This document shows, piece by piece, positions 1 through 12,600 of a stretch of DNA of 64,000 nt. The position numbers were made by a program, and so were the translations under genes. The DNA comes from Haliotis rufescens (Eukaryota), in the NCBI RefSeq assembly GCF_023055435.1, contig NW_025963824.1, positions 21,204,001 to 21,268,000 of the forward strand, read 5' to 3'. Below the pieces are notes generated by a model, which was not told the DNA's origin, ran no database searches, and saw nothing but the letters and a program-made list of their open reading frames with translations. Numbering within the stretch: the stretch's first letter is position 1; every line of letters begins with the position of its first letter.

Positions 1-1292
1 GGATACGATGTGTTTTTAAAGCACAGATTAATACTCGATCAATTCTTTTTTTACACTATGAATCATAAATAACTTCTGAAACGTGCAACGTAGATCGTGT
101 TAGGTAGGCAGAGCATGTATACTGTTATGTTGGTCATCTACCACCTACGACTCGACCTTTGTTAAACCGCTGATCATCTATAACGCTCATCAATTATTTG
201 GACCCCGAAGGTAGCGTTGTAGCACTGTACAAGCATACAGGAGTAGTACCAGGATGCCTGCGTGTACTTGGACATCGACGCATGACTCCTATTCACCAGG
301 CAGTTCATGTAAGCCCTCGGTCAGAGATAGTACTACATATCGGAGTAGAAGTTGTTCACCATCATTGTTCACGCACACGCCAACATCGTTCTGATTCGTC
401 GGACTACTCTAATGGTGAAGAGGGAGATTCTTCGACAGAATGGAATACTCACCTTGGTTTGGCACAAGTACCTGATTGGGTAGCTTACCGCCTCATCTCA
501 GTGCCTTCCCCGGGTAACGGGGTGGATAAAAAAGATACTATAGGCACACATCCTACGTCTCCTATCTTCGCGATGTGACTCTCGAGGTTGTTGAATGTGT
601 ACCTGGTTTTGGGCCGTTGGTTGTAGCCCAGCAGGTTACCAACCCCTGACGCAAATAATGAACTTGCCCTATACAGAGCCATTCCTATTTGCCTTCATTA
701 GTAAGATGTATAGGGAGCTACTCTTTAATTCCTCTGTTCAATTGTTTTTCACATTTAAATAACCCGACCATAATGGAGTTTTTCTGAACTTTTCCGCTTC
801 ACGGTTTATGGACCAATTGGTGTCATACCTTCAGGGTTTGAATTATTGGGGTGTCTGTATTTTCTGATACAGATGCATTAAGGAGTAATGCAGGATAAGT
901 AAAAAATTTAGTAAATCTTAATATTTCTTACATTTGTATACTTATCCTGCATTACTACATTTAAGGCCCAACCGTCGCAGACTTGCCTCCCCACTTTGGC
1001 TTTAGAAACCTCAAAAGTATGTCTTTCTTCAGCTCAGGCGACAGGCAGTGATGTGAAGAGATGACATTGGTCACAGGACAGTGGCGGTAGGTGTGAAAAT
1101 TGGGACAGTTTATTATTTCTTCGCCGAGGACCATCGCCGGTATGCTGTCTGTTTCTTTGTCGCAAGGTGCACAGTGAATGCTTTTAGGAGTAATGCAGGA
1201 TAAGTTAAAAATAGACACTTTAAAAAAGCTGCTGTCGGCATGGCTATGCTTGACTTTTGGGTCATAGACACTTGTTCCTGGTTTTGTTGCAG

Positions 1293-1343
1293 GCCATCTG
1301 AGGAGGAGGTGTTTGAGCGGTGTGGTGGACGCACAGCCCATAA
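1293..1343 (+). CDS. GPATCH4: G patch domain-containing protein 4, penultimate coding exon (upstream exons lie outside the window)
   Basis: ttgcAG acceptor at 1291-1292 and GTAAGT donor at 1344. Encodes PSEEEVFERCGGRTAH(K), which splices in frame to GARHGLKLNGKL, the conserved GPATCH4 motif. Confidence 0.88.
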
Positions 1344-2825
1344 GTAAGTACATCACTCTGCTGGTGCAACATCAGGGACACACAGACCACAAGTAAGAAC
1401 ATCACTCTGCTGGTGCAACATCAGGGACACACAGCCCACAAGTAAGTACATCACTTGGCTGGTGCAACATCAGGGACACACAGCCCACAAGTAAGTACAT
1501 GACTTGGCTGGTGCAACATCAGGGACACACAGCCCACAAGTAAGAACATGACTTGGCTGGTGCAACATCAGGGACACACAGCCCACAAGTAAGTACATGA
1601 CTTGGCTGGTGCAACATCAGGGACACACAGCCCACAAGTAAGTACATCACTTGGCTGGTGCAACATCAGGGACACACAGCCCACAAGTAAGAACATGACT
1701 TGGCTGGTGCAACATCAGGGACACACAGCCCACAAGTAAGTTCATCACTTGGCTGGTGCAACATCAGGGACACACAGCCCACAAGTAAGAACATCACTCT
1801 GCTGGTGCAACATCAGGGACACACAGCCCACAAGTGAGTACATGACTTGGCTGGTGCAACATCAGGGACACACAGCCCACAAGTAAGAACATCACTCTGC
1901 TGGTGCAACATCAGGGACACACAGCCCACAAGTAAGAACATCACTCTGCTGGTGCAACATCAGGTCCACACAGACCACAATTAAGAACATCACTCTGCTG
2001 GTGCAACATCAGGGACACACAGCCCACAAGTAAGAACATCACTCTGCTGGTGCAACATCAGGGACACACAGCCCACAAGTAAGAACATCACTCTGCTGGT
2101 GCAACATCAGGGACACACAGCCCACAAGTAAGTACATGACTTGGCTGGTGCAACATCAGGGACACACAGCCCACAAGTAAGAACATCACTCTGCTTGTGC
2201 AACATCAGGGACACACAGCCCACAAGTAAGAACATCACTCTGCTGGTGCAACATCAGGGACACACAGCCCACAAGTAAGAACATCACTCTGCTGGTGCAA
2301 CATCATGGACACACAGCCCACAAGTAAGAACATCACTCTGCTGGTGCAACATCAGGGACACACAGCCCACAAGTGAGTACATGACTTGGCTGGTGCAACA
2401 TCAGGGACACACAGCCCACAAGTAAGAACATCACTCTGCTGGTGCAACATCAGGGACACACAGCCCACAAGTAAGTACATGACTTGGCTGGTGCAACATC
2501 AGGGACACACAGCCCACAAGTAAGTACATCACTTGGCTGGTGCAACATCAGGGACACACAGCCCACAAGTAAGTACATGACTTGGCTGGTGCAACATCAG
2601 GGACACACATCCCACAAGTGAGTACATGACTTGGCTGGTGCAACATCAGGGACACACATCCCACAAGTGAGTACATGACTTGGCTGGTGCAACATCAGGG
2701 ACACACAGCCCACAAGTGAGTACATGACTTGGCTGGTGCAACATCAGGGACACACAGCCCACAAGTAAGAACATGACTTGGCTTGTGCAACATCAGGGAC
2801 ACACAGCCCACAAGTAAGTACATCA
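1327..2825 (+). repeat. 49-bp minisatellite (~30 copies) whose unit spans the GPATCH4 exon/intron donor
   Basis: Unit ggacacacagcccacaa|gtaag(a/t)acatcactctgctggtgcaacatcag; period 49 (ggac at 1327 and 1376). Confidence 0.95.
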
Positions 2826-3344
2826 GTAAGAACCCTTTGTGCAGTACTATCTATCGATTTCATACAAAACTGAAGACAGCTGGTGTATTTCTGTTTACAT
2901 TAAACCTTTTGATCAAATACAAAACTCTGTCACATAACGAATGCAAGTCTGATGTTGCACCATAACCACTTCTTTGTCTATCTTCCTAACAACTAATAAT
3001 GATGAATAGAGGAATATGCCTGTTTATCTGTACATGAACAAATATCTGCTGGAAAGTATCTTTAAATCCAGGGGCAAGGGTGGCTCAGACATCTAAAGTG
3101 TTGCCACTCGCTGTGCACTGTTGCATCTTTAAGGCACGACAAAATCCCATGATCATTGGTTTGAATCCCTGATCTTCCCTGAAAAGGGTTCCTGGTTTGT
3201 CAGCACCATGCTAATGGGTTTCACCAAAGTGCTTCATATCTAAGACATGCATCACTGACATGCTGGTGTTATTTGACTGAAATGATGTTCAAAGCGACGT
3301 TAATCTCCAGTCAAGCAGTCATTAATCTCTTCATCATTACAAAG

Positions 3345-3565
3345 TTCCCCCAGGGAATTCCTGGGTTTTCCAGGTTAGAGTAGGTGACCAAGTGGATCAG
3401 GTGGTCAGACTCGGGTACTTGGTTGATAACATGTCATCGTACCCCCATGGGATGGATGAATGCTCTCAAAATCACTGAACTTTCAGATCCAGACTTGATT
3501 ATTTACAGGCTGATATCATCTAGCTGAAAAACTGCCGAACGTGGCATTAAAAAAGAAACAAACGT
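3345..3565 (+). mobile_element. Degenerate copy of the non-tRNA SINE-like family (same family as 51176-51424)
   Basis: Shares ggatcaggtggtcagactcg...tccagacttgattatttacag...agctgaaaaactgccga...ttaaa and an (aaac)n tail. Confidence 0.6.
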
Positions 3566-3613
3566 TACAAAGTTGGTGAAGGACCCATTTGAGCATGTAG
3601 GTGTGTGTTACAG

Positions 3614-4394
3614 AGGGGCTCGTCATGGGCTGAAGCTGAACGGGAAGCTGCAGCGGGTCCAGGCTATGGAGGAACAGCTGATGCTGCAGATGAAGGCTGC
3701 GCGACTACCTGAGGCAGCAGGCAACACAGGCCGCCTCCAGGGGCAAGACACAGCACCACAGGAGGGGAGGAAGAAGAACAAACATGTAGGTGAAGAGATT
3801 GAATTGTCATTGGAGGAGAACAGTCAAGGAACTGAGGGTGTTGAGAAGAAGAAGAAGAGGAAGAAGGAGAAGCATATAGAGGGAGAGGTTGAATCACCAT
3901 TGCAAGAGAACAGTAGTGCAGCTGAGAGTGTTGGGAAGAAGAAGAAGAGAAAGAAGGAGAAGCATATAGAGGGAGAGGTTGAATCACCATTGCAAGAGAA
4001 CAGTAGTGCAGCTGAGAGTGTTGGGAAGAAGAAGAAGAGAAAGAAGGAGAAGCATATAGAGGGAGAGGTTGAATCACCATTGCAAGAGAACAGTAGTGCA
4101 GCTGAGAGTGTTGGGAAGAAGAAGAAGAGAAAGAAGGAGAAGCATTTTGACGATGAGATTGAATTGCCATTGCAGGAGAACAGTGGACTGAGTGAGTGTG
4201 ATGAAAGGAAGAGGAGATATCCAGCAGGAGAGACTGGCCCGCCAGTCCACGAGGACAGCCAGAGTGATGGTGAGAGTCCATCCGAGGGGAGGAGGAAGAG
4301 AAAGAAGTGTAAGAAAGTGAAGGAGTTGGAAGGAGAAGAACAATCTTGTGAATCACACCACCCTAAGAAGAAAAAGAAAAAAAGAAAAGACTAA
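3614..4394 (+). CDS. GPATCH4: GPATCH4 last coding exon with Lys/Glu-rich low-complexity tail
   Basis: ttacAG acceptor at 3612-3613. Reads (K)GARHGLKLNGKLQRVQAMEEQL...KKKKKRKD* to TAA at 4394; the poly-lysine tail is typical of this nucleolar family. Confidence 0.88.
3780..4190 (+). repeat. Coding 90-bp (30-aa) tandem repeat inside the GPATCH4 last exon
   Basis: KHIEGEVESPLQENSSAAESVGKKKKRKKE occurs three times almost identically, with diverged flanking copies. Confidence 0.93.
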
Positions 4395-4443
4395 GTTGTG
4401 TCATCTTTGTATTGTACACAAGGAATGTATAAAGCTACAGGCA

Positions 4444-4449
4444 ATTAAA
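4444..4449 (+). promoter_or_regulatory. Candidate polyadenylation signal (ATTAAA) for GPATCH4
   Basis: ATTAAA about 50 nt after the stop codon, followed by T-rich sequence. Confidence 0.45.
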
Positions 4450-4639
4450 GCTGGATGTTATTTTTCATTATGTCTCGTTACGTATTCTAGTGAAAAACCT
4501 TTTCAATAACCGGTAGTAATGTTATTCCTCTCTAGTTGTTTACGTCAATCACTGATCATTTTTATGAGGCGGTCATATAATTGCCTTATACTATTCCTCG
4601 TAATTTTCACTGGATAGAACAAGTGTTGGTGAGATTAAG

Positions 4640-5179
4640 TCTCTGGAGTGTTGTAGTAGTTCTGTTGTAATATTGTGTTGTCCTCTGCTACATATTATAT
4701 CTCTGGAGTGTTGTAGTAGTTCTGTTGTAATATTGTGTTGTCCTCTGCTACATATTATATCTCTGGAGTGTTGTAGTAGTTCTGTTGTAATATTGTGTTG
4801 TCCTCTGCTACATATTATATCTCTGGAGTGTTGTAGTAGTTCTGTTGTAATATTGTGTTGTCCTCTGCTACATATTATATCTCTGGAGTGTTGTAGTAGT
4901 TCTGTTGTAATATTGTGTTGTCCTCTGCTACATATTATATCTCTGGAGTGTTGTAGTAGTTCTGTTGTAATATTGTGTTGTCCTCTGCTACATATTATAT
5001 CTCTGGAGTGTTGTAGTAGTTCTGTTGTAATATTGTGTTGTCCTCTGCTACATATTATATCTCTGGAGTGTTGTAGTAGTTCTGTTGTAATATTGTGTTG
5101 TCCTCTGCTACATATTATATCTCTGGAGTGTTGTAGTAGTTCTGATGTAATACTGTGTTGTCCTCTGCTACATATTATG
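4640..5179. repeat. 60-bp minisatellite, ~9 near-identical copies
   Basis: ctctggagtgttgtagtagttctgttgtaatattgtgttgtcctctgctacatattatat repeats line for line. Confidence 0.96.
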
Positions 5180-5984
5180 CTTAAAGGGCAAGTAGAGTGA
5201 AAAAAATGATTGCGATTTTGTTGCGTATATCAATTTTCATAGATGCCTTAAGTCAGGTCCCAAGAGGACAAAGATATCCTCACATTTGTAGAAAGTATTG
5301 AAATGTCCAAGTGAAAGTGCTGGAATCACACGCTCCATAATCAGACTCCAAAACAAAACTATTTGGATGCGTTGCCTGAAGCTATCAGAGCAATGGGGTG
5401 TGACAAATGTTTTCATTGGCTGATATTTTGACTGACTGCTGATGCTCAGCATCCATATCGATACGTCAGGAAGAGGTCAGTCTAAAAGTGTTCTGTTAAT
5501 GCTACACAAACGACATTGCATTCATTTCACATCTGTACATTTCCATTTACATAATTCACAGTCCAACTGGATGGGAAACAGCATTGTGATAATCATTTAC
5601 TGGTTTCTGGTTGGCAAGAATTTGTCTCTTCTCCGTCTAAACAAGTGCTCTAGATAACATCAGGTACCGAAATACAGATTCCATATTTGAAAATTATAAG
5701 TAATGTAACACTCACTTTATGAATATATGCCGAAAGAATAAAAAATACCAACAGTGCTAAAGATGAATGGACGCCCATTATTGACAATTTGTTTCACTCC
5801 TTGGTGTCATCAGGAGGAAGCACTTTACAGGGACATTTTAGAATTCTGCGTTCTGAGTTTGGTTAGAATCATGCATTGCTGTGAAAGGAAATGTTTCTTT
5901 GTAAGCAGTTTCTTCCTCAAACTGGATCATTTGGCAAATTAACTCAACATTCTACTTAATCAACATTGGGGATCATACAATACC

Positions 5985-7902
5985 AAATACATCAGGCAGA
6001 GCACATCACATACACCAGACACATGGCACCACGTACACCAGACACATGGCACCACATACACCAGACACATGGCACCACATACACCAGACACATGGCACCA
6101 CGTACACCAGACACATGGCACCATGTACACCAGACACAGTACACCACATACACCAGACACGTTGCACCACGTACACCAGACACATGGCACCACATATACC
6201 AGACACAGTACATCACGTACACCAGACACGTGGCACCACGTACACCAGACACAGTACACCACATACACCAGACACATGGCACCACGTACACCAGACACAT
6301 GGCACCACGTACACCAGACACATGGCACCACATACACCAGACACATGGCACCACATACACCAGACACATGGCACCACGTACACCAGACACATGGCACCAT
6401 GTACACCAGACACAGTACACCACATACACCAGACACGTTGCACCACGTACACCAGACACATGGCACCACATATACCAGACACAGTACATCACGTACACCA
6501 GACACGTGGCACCACGTACACCAGACACAGTACACCACATACACCAGACACATGGCACCACGTACACCAGACACATGGCACCACGTACACCAGACACAGT
6601 ACACCACATAAACCAGACACATGGCACCACATACACCAGACACAGTACACCACGTACACCAACACATGGCACCACGTACACCACGTACACCAGACACCAT
6701 GTACACCAGACACATGGCACCACGTACACCAGACACGTGGCACCACGTACACCAGACATAGTACACCACGTACACCAGACACAGTACACCACGTACACTT
6801 GACACGTGGCATCACGTACACCAGACACTTTGCACCACATACACCAGACACAGTACACTAAGTACACCAGACACAGTTACACCACGCACGACCGCCTCCG
6901 TGGTCTAATGGTAGAGCGTCTGCCCGGAGAGCGGAAGGTCCAGGGTTCGATCCCCAGCCGCGTAGTACCAAAAGACACTTAAAGATGGTACTTGTTGTTA
7001 CCCTGTCTGGTGCTCGGCACTAAGGGGCTCAAACAAGGACTGGTCGGCTCGGAGTCAGTATACTGTGTCTGAGTGGGGTATTCATGTTAAACTGCGGCAT
7101 GGTATCTCAGTGTGCTAGCATCAGTCTGAACTAGTACAAGCAGCCACACACACACACATACGCGTGCATGCACATCGCTATATAAGTGCAATAATCTTGG
7201 ACGCGATGTTAAACCCCATTTCACCTCACCTACACCACGTACACCAGACACAATACACCATGTACACCAGACACAGTACACCATGTACACCAGAAACAGT
7301 ACACCACGTACACCAGACAAAGTACACCACGTACACCACGTACACCAGACACAGTACACTACGTACACCAGACACAGTACACCACGTACACCAGACACGT
7401 GACACCACGTACACCAGACACATGGCACCACACACACCAGACACAGTACACCACGTACACCAGACACGTGGCACTATGTACACCAGATACAGTACACAGT
7501 ACACCATGTACACCAGACATGTGGCACCACGTACACCAGACGCAGTACACCACGTACACCAGACACGTGACACCACGTACACCAGACACAGTACACCACA
7601 TACACCAGACAATATACACCATGTACACCAGACACATGGCACCATGTACACCAGACACAGTACACCACGTACACCAGACACAGTACACCACGTACACCAG
7701 ACACGTGGCACAATGAACACCAGACACAGTACACCACATACACCAGACACAGTACACCAGACACGTAGCACCACGTACACCAGACACAGTACACCACGTA
7801 CACCAGACACGTGACACCACGTAGACCAGACACAGTACGCCACGTGCACCAGACATGTGGCACCACGTAGACCAGACACAGTACACCACATACACCAGAC
7901 AG
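5985..7902 (+). repeat. 23-bp satellite, left part (interrupted by a SINE and a LINE)
   Basis: Unit caccacgtacaccagacac(atgg/agta); internal 276-bp (12-mer) duplication (gttgcaccac at 6161 and 6437). Confidence 0.95.
6887..7230 (+). mobile_element. tRNA-derived SINE (central domain resembles the Meta domain), full length
   Basis: A-box-like tggtctaatgg, B box ggttcgatccc, central taccaaaagac...gatggtacttgttg...gctcggcactaagggg, (cacct)n tail; apparent TSD tacaccacg. Two more copies occur in the window. Confidence 0.88.
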
Positions 7903-8535
7903 TATCCCCGTGGGGACCGGGGGAAGATAAACAAGAATGGGTCCTCAGCCCCCCAATGCTGGTCGTAAAAGGAGACCGAATTGGGCAGCCTATTTGCCGT
8001 GGGCTGCGACCCTGTGTCGGCAGAGGAAGGGATTCTGGTGGTTGAGGGCGACGGAGCCGGAGCCGGCAATAGTGCTCCTTAGTCCAACACACCACTTCGA
8101 CCCTAACTTTGCCTAGACGGGCGGTAGAATGGGCCCGATTCTATCAATCGGCTGGTCATGTCATGCCCTGTGCATAAGATATTTCACGCACACTTTTGAT
8201 GTTAAAAAAAATAAATTTTTAACCTAAATGTATATCATATCTAACAATCTATAAAACTTGCTTAGAGCCCTATGCCCAGAAGGCGGTGATTCATGGGCCA
8301 ATCTGGTGATGCTGACCTCCGAATTCTGTACATCTCAAATTGATTGTCATGGGCCGAACCAGCCTGACCTTTAATTTGGTAGAATGCTATAGCTCTTCGT
8401 GTCAAATTTGCTGGAGTATATCACCGCTTTATCCCCAGTCTTTGCAGCTTGGAAATCCGCTGCAGCATAAGACTGTCCTTGTAGACACTCCATGGTGGGT
8501 GGGGAAAAGGGGTGCCGAATCATTTTCCTTTCGAC

Positions 8536-9600
8536 ATGGCTTCAACACCCTTCAACATTGAATCTGACAATTCACCTGACGGAAATACCACCAACCAATC
8601 TGACTATTGGCCACGTTTTTTGATTATCGAAGCTTGTGACAAAGAACCAATAAAACTAAATCCGTTTGCAATCTCCAAAGGTATCGCTAGTGCCTGTGGA
8701 AAGGTTACAAATGTCACCAAGCTTCGATCCGGTTCTCTCCTTGTGGAATGTGCACAGAGACAGCAATCCATCAATCTCCTTGGTTTGAAAGAGTTTGTAA
8801 ATATCAAGGTTGCTGTCTCTGAACACAGGACACTGAACTCATGCAAGGGAATTGTCCGTGACAGGGCTCGCTGCCTGTCCGGCATGACTGAGGTTGAAAT
8901 AGTCAAAGAACTTGTCCAACAGTCTGTCACAGCTGTTAAACGATTTACGGTCAAAAAGGATTGTGTGGTTGTAGAGACCAACACCTATTTCTTCACATAC
9001 CCGTTCGAAGATTCCACAATCGATCAAAGCCGGTTAGTGTAACAGCGGAGTGGAGGTGTATATCCCCAATTCACTCCGGTGCTACGCCTGCCAATATTTG
9101 GACATGGATCCAAGTCCTGCCGTGCCTCTGCTGTCTGTTACCGCTGTGGTGACAAACACGAGGCCACTGACTGCAGGAAGGATGTGAAGTGTTCAAACTG
9201 TGGTGGGAACCGTATGGCATCTTCCAAATCCTGCCCTGTCTGGCAACATGAATTACAGATAATGAAAACCAAGACTGAACAAAACCTCTCCTACTATGAA
9301 GCTAAGAAGAGGATTGTAGGTACTACTGCAACCACTTCTTCTATCTCTTACTCTGCTGCTGTCTCTCGTCCTCCTGTCACCACTGCCTCTATCGACTGCC
9401 AGCCTGACCTGACATGGGTCAAGTCTGTGCAGCCACTTCCTACTGCTTCACTCGTTAAACCAGCTGTGACACCTTCGTCTGTGACTCCTCCAAAACAAAA
9501 AACTGTAAAAAATGTTGAGTCTCAGACTCCTAAAGCAACATCAGAATCAGGACCAGAACCAGAACCAGTTAAACTTTTAAACAGCGAAAAAAAATATTGA
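8536..9600 (+). pseudogene. LINE ORF1 (gag-like nucleic-acid-binding protein with zinc knuckles), frameshifted
   Basis: WPRFLII...LNPFAI...KLRSGSLLVEC...HRTLNSCKG; FGHGSKSC...CYRCGDKH...CSNCGGN...CP. Confidence 0.88.
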
Positions 9601-9679
9601 AAAAGAAGCAGTACCACAAAGTCTTCCTCACGTTCGCGTGACATTTCTCCTGTGGAAGCACCACCATGAATCCACAAAA

Positions 9680-12600
9680 CATAATACAATGGAATTGAAG
9701 AGGTCTTAAGGAGAATTTTAACGAAATACAACTTTTAATCCAAGATTTTAAACCGTCAGCTTTTTGTCTCCAAGAAACATATCTGAAACACACAGATCTA
9801 TTTGATATCCCTCAGTACAGTTCTTACCACTCGTTTTCCCCTCCTGGTGATAAAGCTGCAGAGGAGCTTCTATCCTGGTGAAGTAGGGCATTATCCATAG
9901 CCCTGTTCCACTCAACACTATTCTACAAGCTGTTGCAGTCCTGGTACTTTGAACATAGTGTTTACATTATGTTTATTGTATCTTCCACCTTCCTCAAATA
10001 TCCGTCAATCAGATCTTCAGACTTTGTACGATCAGCTCCCGAAGCCCTGTGTCATCATGAGTGATTTAAACGGTCATAATCCCCTATGGGGGAGTACTGA
10101 CACAAATAATAAGGGAAAAGTCCTTGAAGATTTTATCTCAAACAATGATTTATGCATCTTCAATTATGGTAATACCACATATCTTCATCCCGCCACTGGC
10201 ACATACTCTGCCCTTGACCTTTCACTGACAAGATTCAAATATTTTAAATGAATTTGAATGGTCGGTCCATGATTACCTTTGTGGAAGCGACCATTTTCCA
10301 ACGATACTTACAACTATTAATCCGTCTGACGAACCACCGTCAACAAGGTGGAAAACTAATACCCGACAGTTTCAGGAATGTTCCTGATCCTATACAACTT
10401 TTTTCAGATATATTGAATGCTATTGGAGACGAAAGCATTCCTAAGTCCTCTGCAAACCCTCATATAAGTAAACCATGGTTCGATAATAATTGTAAACAAA
10501 CTAGGAAAAATAGGAAGAGAGCTGAAAAATATTTCCGACGACATCTAACTGTCCACAATTTGAATAACGTTAAAATCACGGGCGCTAAAGCGAGACGTAC
10601 CTTTAAACAGAATAAACGTCAATCCTGGAGGAACTATGTTTTAAAAATTAATTCCCGCACACCTATGTCCAAGGTGTGGAACATGATTCAAAAGATTAAG
10701 GGCAAAGGATCCAAATCTGGAGTTCACCATCTCAAAGATGGTAATACACTCTTAACTACTAAATCCGAAATGGCCAACAAACTTGGTGACACTTTGGCAA
10801 ACCATTCCTCATCATCAAACTTTAATCCATAATTTCAGATTTCAAAAACAGCAGGAAAAGAAAAAGGTCAATTTTAACTCTGATAATGGTGAGGACTATA
10901 ACGAAATATTTTCATTCCATGAATCATATACTGCCCTAGGGCAATCTTATGACACTGCAGCAGGAGCCGACAACATCCACTATCAGCTCCTGAAACACTT
11001 GCCCGATTCATGTTTGGAAACTTTACTGAATATATTTGATCAAATATAGACAACCGGAAATTTCCCTCCTTCGTGGCACAATGCTATTATTATTCCTATT
11101 CCAAAGCCTGGACCGGATCACACAGATCCATCCAACTACCGTCCAATATCATTAACTAGCTGTGTTTGTAAAACCATGGAGCGCATGGTCAACAATCGAT
11201 TAGTCTGGTACCTGGAGACCAATAACCTGAGTGACATCCAGTGTGGTTTCCGAAAGAACAGAATACCATTGGTGCGTTTAGAATCGTTTATTAAAAATTC
11301 CATTGTCAAAAAACAACATACTGTATCAATCGTTTTAGATCAAGAGAAAGCATATGATACAACGTGGAAACATGGTATTTTAAAAGATTTGCATGAATTT
11401 GGATTGAGGGGCAGATTACCTCAGTTCATATCTCAATTTTTAAACAACAGACAATTTCAAGTACGAGTGGGCTCTACCTTGTCTGATCATTTTGATCAAG
11501 ATCAGGGCGTCCCTCAAGGCAGCATACTGTCAGTCACCCTTTTCAGCATCAAAATTAATAGTCTCACTAAAGTATTAAACAATAGCGTTGATGGTTCACT
11601 TTTTGTGGACGATTTCAACATTTCTTGTCGTGGTAAGAATATGAATAAAATAGAAAGACAGCCACAGCTCTGTCTTAACAAAATTCAAAAATGGGCAAAC
11701 GAAAACGCCTTCAAATTTTCTAAATCCAAAACAAACTGTATTCACTTTTGTCGTAAATACAAACCTCACAAGGATCCAGATTTATTTTTAGATGGTACTC
11801 CTATCAAGGTAGTAGAGGAGGCAAAAATTCCTGGGCCTCATATTTGACCGTCATCTCACATTCTTACCACACATTAAATATCTCAAGGCAAAGTGCCTGA
11901 AGGCTCTCGACTTGTTAAAAGTCGTTTCAAATTCCGAGTGGGGAGGGGATCAGACCACCCTCCTTCACTTGTACAGATCGTTAATACGCTCCAAACTGGA
12001 CTATGATCCATTGTCTATGGTGGAGCCTGCAAAAGCAATTTAGAAAAATTGGACACTGTACACCATCAAGGCCTAAGCCTCTGTCTTGGAGCTTTTAGGA
12101 CCTCTCCCGTGGATGTGTTGTATGTGGAGGCCGATGAACCTTCACTCGAACTGCGCCGCATTAAACTTTCACTGCAATATGTTACTAAATTGCACTCAAA
12201 TAAATCTAATCCAGCATACAATTGTGTCTTCCCCCCTTAATATGAAAACCTGTTTCAAAATCTATCAAACCTGGTTCCATCACTGCAGCTAAATTGGATT
12301 TAAATATCATATCACCTCACCGTCTTCTGTCTTCTCCTCCCTGGCAGATGGTGAAGCCAGAAGTAGACCTCACTCTAACCAATCTAAAAAAGTCGGATAC
12401 CAATCCTTTGGTATATCAACAATCATATAACCAATTACGCTCCAAATATAATTCTCACTGGTCCATTTTTTACAGACGGGTCTAAGGATGGTGGCAAAGT
12501 TGCAAGTGCCACCATCATTGGATCCAAAACTGTCTCCTCAAGAATACCAGATACTAGTTCAATTTTTACTGCTGAGGCCAAAGCTATCTTTACAGCTTTG

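Noticed and set aside
198-700. ORFs 198-578 and 485-682
   Set aside because: Lie in a presumed GPATCH4 intron with no recognisable motifs; possibly a decayed element but unassignable.
883-1206. 19-bp inverted/direct repeat ggagtaatgcaggataagt (883, inverted at ~940, again at ~1187)
   Set aside because: Probably subterminal repeats of a small DNA transposon; termini and TSD could not be defined.
4673-5200. 175-aa Cys-rich ORF
   Set aside because: Translation of the 60-bp minisatellite, with a non-ATG start.
6887-6965. tRNA gene
   Set aside because: The tRNA-like head continues into a SINE body and tail present three times; it is not a standalone tRNA.
7903-7990. Canonical HDV-like ribozyme call for the LINE 5' end
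   Set aside because: Helix order does not match P1-P2-P3-P1.1-P4 of HDV; kept only as an unclassified structured motif.
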